From: Zootoca vivipara
Taxonomy: Eukaryota
Direction: 5' to 3'
Length of the DNA stretch: 64,000 nt
NCBI RefSeq assembly: GCF_963506605.1
Contig: NC_083294.1
Span: forward strand, 9,610,001-9,674,000
Position numbers and translations under genes: made by a program. The notes under the pieces were generated by a model that saw only the letters and a list, made by a program, of their open reading frames with translations, searched no databases and was not told the DNA's origin. Position 1 is the stretch's first letter. Every line of letters begins with the position of its first letter. Shown piece by piece: positions 1 to 11,800 of the stretch.

Positions 1-744
1 TGCCTTAGACCTTGTTGGGCCCTTGATGGAGGAACTGAGAGTCTGGCTTGATGCCTCTGCTTAAATGAAGTCATTTTTTCCTATTTCCCTCCTTTGCCAT
101 TGTAGGCTACATCCTTGTCTCATTTCCAATTAGACTTTTTGTTTTTTGTTCCTGCACAAGAAATTTTAACTTGGGAGTTGGCACCACATCAAGTAGGTTC
201 ATGTCAACATCAAAGCGGCATCATCCCTTTCCAGCACCCTCATTCATCTTCCCACTGGCAATTCTGATCTCTCTAGTGCAAGCCCTGCATGCAAATGCAC
301 CACAGGGAATGCCCTCACTGCAGAGTGGATTTCATCCCAGCAGCAGCATTTGTTACAGATCAGAGCAGGGTAGGAAGGCACTACATCAGCTACGTGTTCC
401 CCTAGGTGGTGGTAGCTCCCTATGAGAAAACCGCTTGGGTGGGGTCAGTGTATAAGATGTAGGCCAGTCCTATGGGCAGCTTCAGTGGCTTCGCACCTAG
501 AAGGCTGTTTTACACCGAACTAGTCCATTGATCCCTCTAGTTCAGTATTATCTGCACCGACTAGCAGCAGTCTATGAGGGTTCCAGGCAATGACATTCCC
601 AGCTGCAGACATTCTCGAGTTGCTAGGGTTTGAACTGTGAACATTCTGCATACAAAGTGTGTGTTCTAACAACAGAGCTCCAGCCCCTTAACAGCAAAGT
701 AAGATTCTAGTCCTCATCATTTTGAACAAAGGGCTGAATTTAAT

Positions 745-932
745 AAGAACATCGGAAGCTGCCTTATCCCCAGTCAGCCCATTGGTCTATCTAGCTCACT
801 GTTGTCTACACTGACTGGCAGTGGCTTTCCAGGCTTTCAGGAAGGTGTCCTTCCCAGGCCTGTCTGGAGAGGCCATTGGGGGTTCAACTTGTGTGTAAAG
901 CAGATTCTCTACCACTGAGTGATTATGGCCCT
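745..932 (-). mobile_element. tRNA-derived squamate SINE (Squam2-like). Related copies at ~11605-11795, 11950-12130, 34045-34215, 34980-35140, 42685-42850, 56010-56195.
   Basis: Recurrent ggaagctgccttat...ctacactgactggcag...gggattgaacctggg...ctctaccactgag module with tRNA A/B-box head. Confidence 0.65.
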
Positions 933-1898
933 TTGGGGCTTGGCTTGAAATAGTTGGGGGGCGTTAAAGTTCCTCCTGCATACCCCACTCCTCTGATACA
1001 TTCCATAACTGAACATCTGGCATTTCCTTCTTTGTCTTTATGTAGCTACTGTATTTGTTTAGCATCTATTGCTTTTTCATTTGTTTGGTAACTAGGGAGT
1101 GCTAATGCTAGAATGTTGCTGATGAAACGTCTTTTTTGCTTTCTGGGCCTAGTTATCTATATGGTAGTTATCTATAGTTATCTATATGGTACCTGGAGAT
1201 GGAGACATTTTGGGGGCCACAGCAACTTTTAATTGGAAGGTCACTAGCCTCCTCTAAACACTGTGGCCTCAATACAATCTGTGCATCTCTTCCCACTGCT
1301 CCCCTCCCTCCGAGAGTCAGTTCTCACAAGGACCATGCATTCACCTCTGGTTGCAGCCACTGGCTCACATGGATTTGTCTCTTTGTTTATCCATTTGTGC
1401 TTGAAATGTTTGATCATGCTTATAGGGCTGAGGGGAGAATATTGGTCCGCTTGCTGCTGTCACAACAGCCCCTACTTCCAGCTCGCAAGAAGTTCCAACT
1501 ATTCCTAAGGGGGTGTTATATGTGCAGGTCTCCTACATGTACTCTGTTGCCATCCAATACATCTCATTGTTTTCTGACTACCAGTATATCTTTGTGTTTG
1601 CAAAGCACTCAGGCTTGTTCTCAAACATTAACTAGTGCAGATGATCTATACTTTTCTATCCGGTCTTCCTCCAAAAGAGCTGTCTCCAAAATAAATAAAT
1701 AAAAGGCTGATTACAGTAGGTGCCCAGGTGATGCAACAGCATTAGCTGCCCCCAGACCATCTACTGTTGCCAAATTAAAATAGAAGTCTGTGATCTAATA
1801 GATCTCAAAACAAGGAACATCGTTTGCTAGAATAGTTGGCAAAGTTTGCCTCTTACAACCCAGTCCTTGTGGCACTAAAGGTCCTTGCCATGATTGTA

Positions 1899-1902
<4 letters not shown>

Positions 1903-1965
<63 letters not shown>
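1903..1965. repeat. Compound microsatellite (CT)n(CA)n
   Basis: Direct reading. Confidence 0.95.
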
Positions 1966-1966
<1 letters not shown>

Positions 1967-3559
1967 TTTGCATGTCTGTTCTGTATGTGCCATTTGACAC
2001 TTGATGAACCCGAAGGTCCACACTTCCTTCCCCAACCACAACCCAGTGGCATTCTTGTGTGTCCAAGTGAACAGGATTTTATCTTTCTTTTTTTAAAAAA
2101 AGGGGTGTGTGGGGTGTTACTATTTTCTGCAGGTTTGGACTTCCTAATATTTATTATGTATTTCTCTTGCCAGACGGAAAGCACTCACAAATGCTAACGT
2201 TTGTATAAAAACAAATTTGTTGTCTACCCTGGTTGCTTGTCCCCCTCCCCCTTATAAAAAGCCCTCGAGCAGAATCCAGCACAACTCATGGTTGGCGACA
2301 AACAGCCTTCTTTGGCAAGGGAACTGACTTCTGAGTAAAGCTGCAGTTTTTGTGTGTGCGCGCGTGCACACAAACACCTGGGACCCCCTATCAAGTTATC
2401 GGGGTGGGGGATTCCTTTTTATGATGGGTTTCCTTAACCACTGCTGTTAGGAGACACCTGTGTGTGTAGGAGGGGTGATTTGCCTGAAATTGGGAGGATT
2501 CAATGGAGCTTGAAGATTTCATTAGGCACCCTAATCCCCTATTCTAGCAGTGACTGGGCTTTACTGCCAGGTCAACATGTGTAGGCACAATTAAGTCCGT
2601 CTGAATTCAGTGAAACTGGGCAGATCTGAGGTCTATGCAAGTTTCCTCAGAATTAATGGGAATCAGGCCTTGTTCCCTGGAAAGTGCGTTTCATGAATCC
2701 AGCCTTGCAATAGTCATAGGAAGCTGCCTTGTGCCGGGTCAGACCAGTAGGTCTACCTAGCTCAGTTGTGCCTGCATTTACTAGCAGCAGCAGCAGCCCA
2801 AGATTCTGGACAGGTTGCCTTCCAAGCACTACCTGGAGATGCCAGGCCTTGAGCCTAGCTCCGACCCTGAGCTACAGCCCTTTCCCATCCTCTGCATGTT
2901 TACTTGGAAACCGGTGCAAATGTGTTCCATCGAGCTTAGTCCTTAGGTCATCATCCATAAGGCTGCTGCTTTCGTCGCACCAAACTTTTGCTGGATCCTG
3001 TCCCTTGACTGTTATCTAGTGGGGTTTTGTACTTTTCACTGATTATGTACTGTTGGGCTGTGGCTTCCCCTCTTGTGAGTCTCAAAGTTTAAATTACCAC
3101 CAAGTGTCTTAAACTCGATTGTATCGCCATTGTTTTTAAATGCTAAAGTAATAATGTATTATTTTTATTTTTATTATTGTTTTCCCTTTTTTGTGTTTTC
3201 AAATGTAGCCTGTAAAGAAAGAGAATCACAATACGAATATAATGGCAGAAATCTGTTCTAAAAGTTCCATAGACCACAGCTGTAAAATGAACTGTAGGGT
3301 TTTTCTTTTCTTTACTTCCTTGATATGTAATAAATATTTATGACATTTGGTCTCTTCTTCTACCCCGTTGGGGATGCATGTGTGTAACAAATGAGACAAA
3401 CATAAGATAACAACCTGTGGTGTTGTCTATCACTCATGACACTGATATTTGGGGGGGGGGGGAGAGAAAGCAACCTTGTACACCTGCAAGTCTCATTGAA
3501 TTGTGTGGGACTTGCTTTTGAGTAGACACATTCACAAGATCAGGCAGAAAGACTTAAAA

Positions 3560-3695
3560 CAGGCATCCCCAAACTGCAGCCCTCCAGATGCTTTAGCCTA
3601 CAACTCCCATGATCCCTAGCTAACAGGACCAGTGGTCAGGGAAGATGGGAATTGTAGTCCAAAACATCTGGAGGGCCGAAGTTTGGGGGTGCCTG
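3560..3695. mobile_element. hAT-type MITE
   Basis: TIRs CAGGCATCCCCAAACT / AGTTTGGGGGTGCCTG; 8-bp TSD ACTTAAAA (3552-3559, 3696-3703). Confidence 0.85.
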
Positions 3696-4534
3696 ACTTA
3701 AAACATGCCCCAGGCATGTGTCTGCTAGGTGTTGCTCACTAACAATGCAAGTTGTGGTTCAGCAGCATCTGAAAGGTCAAAAATTCCCCACACTTGACGA
3801 AAGAAAGGAAGGCAGGCTTCTTTGGGTGTATATATTGGGGGGGGGGAATCCTTTGCCACCAAATATTTCTTACTCAGTAGAAACATCTAAACCTCAAAAC
3901 CATTTTCTAAAGTGCACCTTAAAAACAAAACCCCAAGTCATCTCTACTCTGTTTTAAAAGAAATGTAAAAAATAAGCATTATTAAGAAGGCAATTCGTAA
4001 TAAAATACATAATAAATATCACATATTCTGGTTAACAATTTCACTAATGAATTGGTTAGATTGTGTCCAATATTTCAGTTCCTAGATACTGGGTGAGGGG
4101 GAATCCTCCAGTGTGTTCTTTCTACCACAAGCCCACAAAAACAGCCCACACACACACACACAATCATGCACGCCATTCTGCACCTTTCAAATTAAGGATG
4201 GCCAACTCAGTGCACACACAAGTGAAAAATGTGTCTAGAAGGAAATTTAAGAATAGATTTGAAAGTAGAAATTGTAATGAATTCTAACTGGGAGAGGGTA
4301 ATGTGCATGAATCCCCACTCCTGACCAGGAAGCTCCCTCCCTCGCCCCCATAAACTCAACATCCTGGAAAACTAGTTGATGAGCAGAAGTTTACATTCTG
4401 GCCAAAATATGGGACAGTAGACCTCCCTAGTTTTGTCGCTTGGTGTTATTTATGGCACTCAACATTTACTGAACATAAATAAAACAAAGATGATTTGCCC
4501 AAAGAATCAGATGGAATTCAATATACAGTATTGG

Positions 4535-4725
4535 TTTATTCCACATAGCACCATATCCTTGAACCTTTATTCCACAAAACAAGATTAGAAGTCTGGAAAC
4601 GAAGACTTTGGAACCTTACTAGCAGAACTGGGTCCAATCCCTACCCACCCCACCACATGATATTAGATGGAGTCACCTTGGGGCAGAGATTGACATGAAA
4701 TGTAATCATGGGAATGAGATTTATT
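4535..4725 (-). terminator. SLC2A8: Candidate SLC2A8 poly(A) signals
   Basis: Minus-strand AATAAA at 4535-4540, 4566-4571 and 4720-4725, about 1.0-1.2 kb after the stop codon. Confidence 0.4.
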
Positions 4726-5724
4726 ATTTCCCAGTTACAGCACTACTAACCTGAACAGGACTCAAGAACCAGAGAGGGGGAATAGTGGGCAGCAGTATGC
4801 TGAACCCATTCATTTTAAAAAAAATCATCCCGTGTGATTGCCAAAGTTTGACGTTTCATGTGCAAATCAGAACCTTTGGCTGCTTTAAACCCCTCTGCAT
4901 TAAAATCTACACCTATCATGGAAAGAACTGGTAGTATACCACTTCAGACAGCATGGGTGCATCTCATTTTAAAATACTGCTGTTTGTGTGAGAAACCTTG
5001 GGGGTGCAAAATAGTCTGGTGACGTTGGCTAAGCCAAACCCTGTTTCCTCTTTTGCTAGGCTTTTTGTGCACGCTGTGTGCATTGCTCATTGTGCCTTTT
5101 CAGGACTCTCTGACTCACTCCTCTACACCTGTAGAGTAAGCCCAGTTTACACAGAATTAGGAGGTAGTTCCAAGGTGAGAGATTTCTAGACACAGAGAGA
5201 AAGGAAGTGACAGCAGAGAGGGGTGGTGATGGCAGAGAGAGGAAGGGGTTGAGCCCAGGGGAGAGGGCACCCACTTATGGCTCCGGCCCCACCTACTAAC
5301 AGGATGACCCTCCTATCAGGTTACACACACACCCGGAGGTATACAGTCCTCAGCAGAAGAAGAAAAGGCTGGCCACACAGAACATGGCCAACGAACAGAG
5401 AAAAGCAATGTTTTGTTCTAAACCAATTCTTAATCACCTTGTTATAGACGTCAGAAAACCGAACAATGCCTGCCATTCTGTGATACTGTATGTGGTGCTG
5501 TAATATTGAAAAGTAGTAGGTCATTGCCCCACACAAAATGAACCTGCCTTTCATCTTGCCCACACCTTCTGCACCCCATGCAGTTCTCTGGACCCAGTTG
5601 AACCTGGTGAAGACTTTACATTCGTGCAAATCTCTGAAGAATAGTTGGGTCCCACCAGCCATCACCATCCACACCTTCAGTCCAAGACCAAGGGGAAAAG
5701 TTTTCCCACTAAGATTGCAAACAG

Positions 5725-5865
5725 CTAATGTGATCTTTGGAAGTAGGCCTCTATCTCTTCTAGGCTTTTTCCTCTTGTTTCAGGAACGCAGAGTATGGTA
5801 AAAAGTACGTTGGAGAAACACATGGCACAAAACAACCAGAAAGTACCATGAGGCGTCAGGAAGAC
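5725..5865 (-). CDS. SLC2A8: SLC2A8 coding exon 10 (terminal)
   Basis: [12 protein letters not shown]...[20 protein letters not shown]. Confidence 0.96.
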   Translation of the reverse strand, partial: VFLTPHGTFWLFCAMCFSNVLFTILCVPETRGKSLEEIEAYFQRSH

Positions 5866-8800
5866 CTGGGGCAGAAGAGAAAGAGATGTCTGATTAAGAA
5901 CCAGAAGCAGTACCAAGGTGGTTGAGCTGTACTCTTGGGTTGGCAAATGGAGCAGGTGTGTGGAACCTTTGGCTTCTAGGTGTAGATGAACGACAACTTA
6001 CATTATCCCTGGCCATCAGCCACACTTGCTGGGGCTCATGGGAGTTGTACTTAAGCAACATCCAGAGGGCCAAAGGTTCCCCATGCCCAACATAAGAGAA
6101 TGTTTTCTCGTCCAGAATATTTCTGCATGCAGAAACCTAGCATGTCTGTAGTAACTACAGACACAGTAAGCATGAGAGCTCTGTCACAAAAGCAGCTAAG
6201 ACTACTAGTCCTTCCACTGGCTACGTCACAGCGTGGTTACCGCTTTTCACTCTAGCAGGATCCTTGCATATGGTAGGCAAAAAGAACCCAACAACCCATT
6301 TTTGCCACTGGCATGTGGCCGCCAGAAGGTTGCTGAAAAGGCCACGGTTCCCACTCCTGCTGTAAACCATTCTGGTCCTTGCTTACCATGAGGTCATGAA
6401 ACTCCTTGGTAATCAGAAAAGCCATGAGCCAATTTGTTAAGACACAGGCACCACCGGCTACGCCTCGAGCTCGGAGAGGGAATATTTCAGACATCAACAG
6501 CCATGGGATCGGGCCCCAGCCCAAGGCAAAGCCTGCAGGTTGCAGAGGAAGGAGAAAGCGAACTCATTCACAGCACAGTTAGTAGAGGTTTCCTTGAACT
6601 GAGCAGGGTCAGTAATGAACAGGCAACCCTGATTAGAAACCAGAAAGATACAACTAGTACAAGACTGATAGCAGGGACTGTATTATCGATTTTCATAAGC
6701 TGTCCTGGGAGCCTTTTGGATGAAGAGCATGGTAAACACACTTGAAAATAATAATAATGCAAAGGTTACTTTTAAGAGGTCGACTTGAGTGAGGCAGGAG
6801 TTCTTTGCCCAGGACTGGCATCAGGGGATAGCCATTGCTTGGCAAGTATCTAAGATCACACCCCAGCAGGTATCCAACAACCCCCATAGCCACCCAACCT
6901 TGCTGCTCTCCTTCCTGTTTGCCTCTTCCTGTTTGCCTGCCCTTCTCCAAGTCAGCAAGCAGTGATGGTAAGGAGGAGAGGTGTCCGCCACCACTCACAC
7001 AATATGTTGTCTCATTCTGAGCAGTAGTGCAGCTCAATGCAAGCAAACAGCCAGCAGCAATAGCAACGTGGAGGAGGTTGTGCTACCCAGAGAGAGGGGC
7101 TCCCTCAACAGCATCTTCAAAAGAGCCCCTGTCAGGCCCAGGGGTCAAATGCGGCCCTTCAGGCCCCTCCACCTAGCTTTCAAGACCCCAGGAACCACAC
7201 CCTCCTTGCATACTTTTGCCTGGCTGGAATGTGTCATTGAACTCAGATCATGCCACTTGCTTGCCTGGAAGAAGAGTTTGGATTTGATATCCCACTTTAT
7301 CACTACCCGAAGGACTCTCAAAGTGGCTAACATTCTCCTTTCCCTTCCTCCCCCACAACAAACACTCTGTGAGGTGAGTGGGACTGAGAGACTTCAAAGA
7401 AGTGTGGCTAGCCCAAGGTGACTAGCCCAGCAGCTGCATGTGGAGGAGCAGAGATGCGAACCCGGTTCCCCAGATTATGAGTCTACCACTCGTAACCACT
7501 ACACCACACTGGATGGAGTATAGAGAGGGGTGTCTGAATCTGTGTGTAGAAACCAGCCTATTGTAAAACTGAACATGTGTTGTTCTGGCCCCACCCACCA
7601 CCAGCACATGACCCTTGCAGAACGCTGCCCAAAAAGAAACGTGACCCTCTGATTGAAGAAAGGTTCCCTACCCCTAAGGTCTATGCTCCACAAGCACTAG
7701 GCTACCAATAAGCAGGCCATTAATCTGACCTCAAAAAAGCTGGACTCCAGTGAAGGAGGAGGAATCAAGGGCTTTGTTGTGATCAAACAGGACTCCTCTG
7801 ACATGTGTATTTCCTGTGTCTGCATCACCAGCTGCTACTGCAGCAGAGAGAGCATTCTGGTGTGGGAAGCATCCATGTAGTCAAAGCATACTCGACCTTT
7901 ACTACATGGCTGGGAAACTCCTCAGGGCACCAAAAGGCCCAGGATTCTCTGGGCCTATGGATCTATATAGACCAGCTTTTGTGGGTACAGCAACCACAGC
8001 AAAAGTGCCCACTAACCCATGACGAAGAGGCCCAGGCTCAATACCGCCAACCACGCAAGGTGGTGCTCTTCTTCCACAACAGCAGCACTCAGAGGGGAGC
8101 TTGGTGAGTTGGCGTGGGAGGAGTTGATGGGGACTGGGAGAGCCATTTTGCAATAGATCGCGAAGATGGCAGCACTGACAGCCATAATGAACCCTGGGAA
8201 AGATGAGATAAAAAGTTAACAGAACACCTATTTATACTGTTTGGGAACAAGAGTGTATGTAACAAGAGCTGTGCTGGATCAGACCAATGGACCACCTAGT
8301 CCAGCATCCTTCGCCTCAGAGAGAGACAGTCCTGTCAGGGTATACTGGGGATTGAACCTGGAACCTCCTGCATGCAAAGCAGATAGGCCAGTGGTTGGAT
8401 AAGGCCCTAAGGCTAGCTATTTCAAACACATAAAAGGATACCTTGCTGGACATCCAACACCAGAAAATTTTATCCAGCTGTTCATGGTGTTCCACATTAA
8501 ATTAACTTGCAAAGGCACAGAATCCTACACTTCACACTGGAAGGATAGCTTTTCTGCAATACCTGATACAACCAGAAGGACTTTTCGACCTTTTCTATCA
8601 ATAATAAGAGCAGCCACAGCAGTGAAAAAGACTTGGATGGATCCCACAATGATAGAAGCAGCACCACTCTCCTGAAAACACACAACAGCAAGAAATAAAT
8701 AAAAATCTTAAATATTTGAAAATGTGTGATGCAGCAGCAAAGTAAAGCTAATGCTATTCTAGGCTGCATCAACAGAAGATCAAGGGAAGTCATAGTACCA

Positions 8801-11800
8801 CTCTATTGTGCCTTAGTCAGACCACACTTGGAATACCATGTCCAATTCTGGGCGTTTCACCAAGATATGAATGGGTATGGCTGCATCCAAGGTGTCAAGA
8901 GGACAGAGGAGCCCCCCACCTTGAATTTGGCTTCTTCAAAGATGGTTTCCGCGTAAAACATTATGGCGTTGATCCCCGACACTTGCTGGAAGAACATCAT
9001 GGCGATACCAATGAGGAATGGCTTGTAAATGGCTGGATTCTTAAACTCTGCCAAACTCAGCTCCTCCTGCAAAGGAAGATGTGGACAGTGTTTCAGTGTT
9101 GAGGGGCAACTGTACCCCTCAGGGGTCTGAGGTAGAGATCCCAGCACCCTGGCTGCATATGCCAGGGGCTGAACTAGGAATCCCGGCCCATGAGGAGATC
9201 CAATTTGGCCAGCTGGGCCATTTCCCCAAAAAACCATGCCCACCTGCCCATCAGCTGGTGTCAATCCCGCTGGGTACTGTTTTGCCAGCACGTTCCCTGC
9301 AGGGAAACGTGAGCAAAACAAACCCCTGCAGGATTACACCCTTCACTCATCAGCTGGGGAGCAGAGAGTTCAGCGCTGGCAGTTGCTGCTTCACCACTAT
9401 GTTCCCCGCAGGGAGAAACACGATGACAAAGCAGATCCCTACAAAGAGAAGGGTTGGACCTTCCTCACTCATCAGCTGCTGAGCAGCAAGTTCAATCCTG
9501 CTGGCTGGCCACAGGGAATGCAAAGCGGCAAAGCAGACCTCACCCCAGCCCCAGCCCCCACCCTGCAGATCAGCTGTGACAGGTGGACATGACTGTAAGT
9601 GGCTGTACCAGGCCACCCACTGTTGTATCTGCAAAACGTCTGCTGATTCCCGTGCAGTTCCAGCAAGGGGTTGCCTACTGAGCAGTTCAGCAGCAGAGGA
9701 AGAGAATGTCAGGGGGCAGTTAGTGTCTGCCATATTATACCAGGAGGAGCAGATGGCAAACACTTCAGGCTTCCAACCTCCTCCCCTGAAAAGCCTAAAG
9801 CTGGAAAGAGCTGAGCTAGCAGGGGGAAGTGGCAGGTCCATTCTCCTGCCACCTTTCCCACCCTTGCAACCCAAGAACGTGCCTGGTTTCAGTATGGTTC
9901 CGGTTCCACTTACCTGTCCTTCGGCGTTCACTTCAATCTCCCTGCATTCCCACTCATGGTCCACCAGGGGGCCCCTCAGGAACTGCAGAGCAGCAATGGC
10001 CTCTGGCCGCTGATTCCGGCTCAGCAGGAAGCGAGGCGTTTCGGGCATGAAAGCCACAAGTCCCAGCATAAAGCACGGTGGGACGGAACACAGTACGGCC
10101 AGCCAGCGCCAGTCCAGCCCTGTGCCTGAGGGAGGAGACCCAAAAGCAGAGCCATTCTTAGGGGCAAGGAATAAAGGACACTTGCCAGCTTTTGTAACGC
10201 CCAGAGGGCTAAATGCAAGCTGGTGCACATTATAGCTGCAAACAGCCCCCCCCCCACCATTCAAGTGATGTATTCCGTTAAGACAGAGTGCCTGTTGGTG
10301 CCTGTGTTGGGTGAGGAAAACTTGAGAAATGAATGCAGATATTGCCTTTGTACATTCTCACACACCAACTCTCTACCCATCACCCAGGCAAGCAAGAGGC
10401 ATGATCAGAATTCAAAGACACTTTCCACCCAAGCAAAAATGCTCAAAGGTATGAAGGCAGGCAGTCATGCCCTCTCCTTTCAAGGTATTCCACTCCCTCT
10501 CCCCACTCAATTTGCCACAACATTCTGTGGCAACGCCACCCACAGGTGTTGGTTGGTGAACTTGTATCCCACGATGATGTGTGCAAGAGAAAATGTGCAA
10601 ACCCATGAACACAACAGAGCCACGTGGGTGTACCTGCTATATAAGCTCCCAATATGCCAGTCACCACCATCAGCTGAACGCACGATCCTAGCATCCCTCG
10701 AACTTTGGAGTGGGCTATTTCGGAAATATATACCTACAGCGTGGACAAAGGGGGAAAGGAGTCTTGTTCAAGTCATACAGAGAAAAAGGTTATATTTTAT
10801 TTGTTTTTGCATTTTCAGAATTTTGCATTTTTTTCAATAAAACAAGAAAAAAGAGAGAGGGGCCAATAATGTACCCCTGTTTTTCTTATAGAATCAAGGC
10901 AATCAGAGGCAGATGTATGTAGATACAGGTGACAAAATCAGAATCAAGTACTGAAATTCCCTCATTAGGCCTCTGGGCCTGAAATTCCCCATCCCTGTTA
11001 TTAGATAATACTGAGCTAGATGAGTCAATGGTCTCCAACTCAGCAAAATGCAGCTTCTGGCATTCAGCAGATGGCTCTCTTTCCACCAAACTGCAATGAG
11101 AAAGGACAGTGCAGGCCATCTCTTACCGGGACCACCAAGGATGTTACCCCACTGGCCAAGCCATTCAGTATCCGGCCCACATAAAGCATCCAGACATTTT
11201 GAGCTGAGATTATGATTGTGAAGCCAAAAACGTATGGGATGGCACACAGCATCAGGGTAAGCTTCCGGCCAAATTTATCCACGACATATCCCCCCAGAAT
11301 CCCGCCTGCTGCAGCACCCAACGTTACGACAGACTGCAAAAGAAAAAGAAAAAGGAACTGACTCTCACAGCTGAACCGTTCCTGACTGTAGATTCCTGCC
11401 CCTTTTGAGCACATTAACTAACCCAAGATTTGGTGTATACAATGATGGCACAATATAAATGACATTCATATCTGACCTGTCCTGCAAGGTGTTTGGAGGC
11501 AACACACACCTCTCCCCTGCTCTGTATAAGGTGACTTCCTATGTTACTGTTTGATTCAGCAAGAACTATTGAGGACTAGAATCCTACTTTATTTTTAAGG
11601 GAGGGGGGCCCTAGCTCCATGGTGGGACATCAGCTTTGCATGCTCATGGTCCCACATTCTATCACCAGGCATCTCCAAGTTGGACTGTGAGGGAATTTCT
11701 GCCTAAAACCCTGGAAAGCGGCTGACAGTCAGTGTAGACAGTACTAAGCTAGATGAACCAAGGTACTGATTTGGTAGAAGGCAGTTTCCTATGCACCGCC

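Larger units (their letters stand above)
1..3350 (+). other. Probable long 3' UTR / terminal exon of an unidentified upstream gene
   Basis: No credible ORF. U/AU-rich UTR-like blocks at 1965-2225 and 3080-3350 end at AATAAA 3329-3334, followed by pyrimidine/GT-rich sequence. Confidence 0.45.

Noticed and set aside
1199-1702. 167-aa ORF
   Set aside because: No homology recognised, no splice context, UTR-like composition.
9350-10264. 304-aa minus-strand ORF
   Set aside because: Only 10125-9914 is GLUT8 exon 5; the rest is open intronic frame beyond canonical splice sites.
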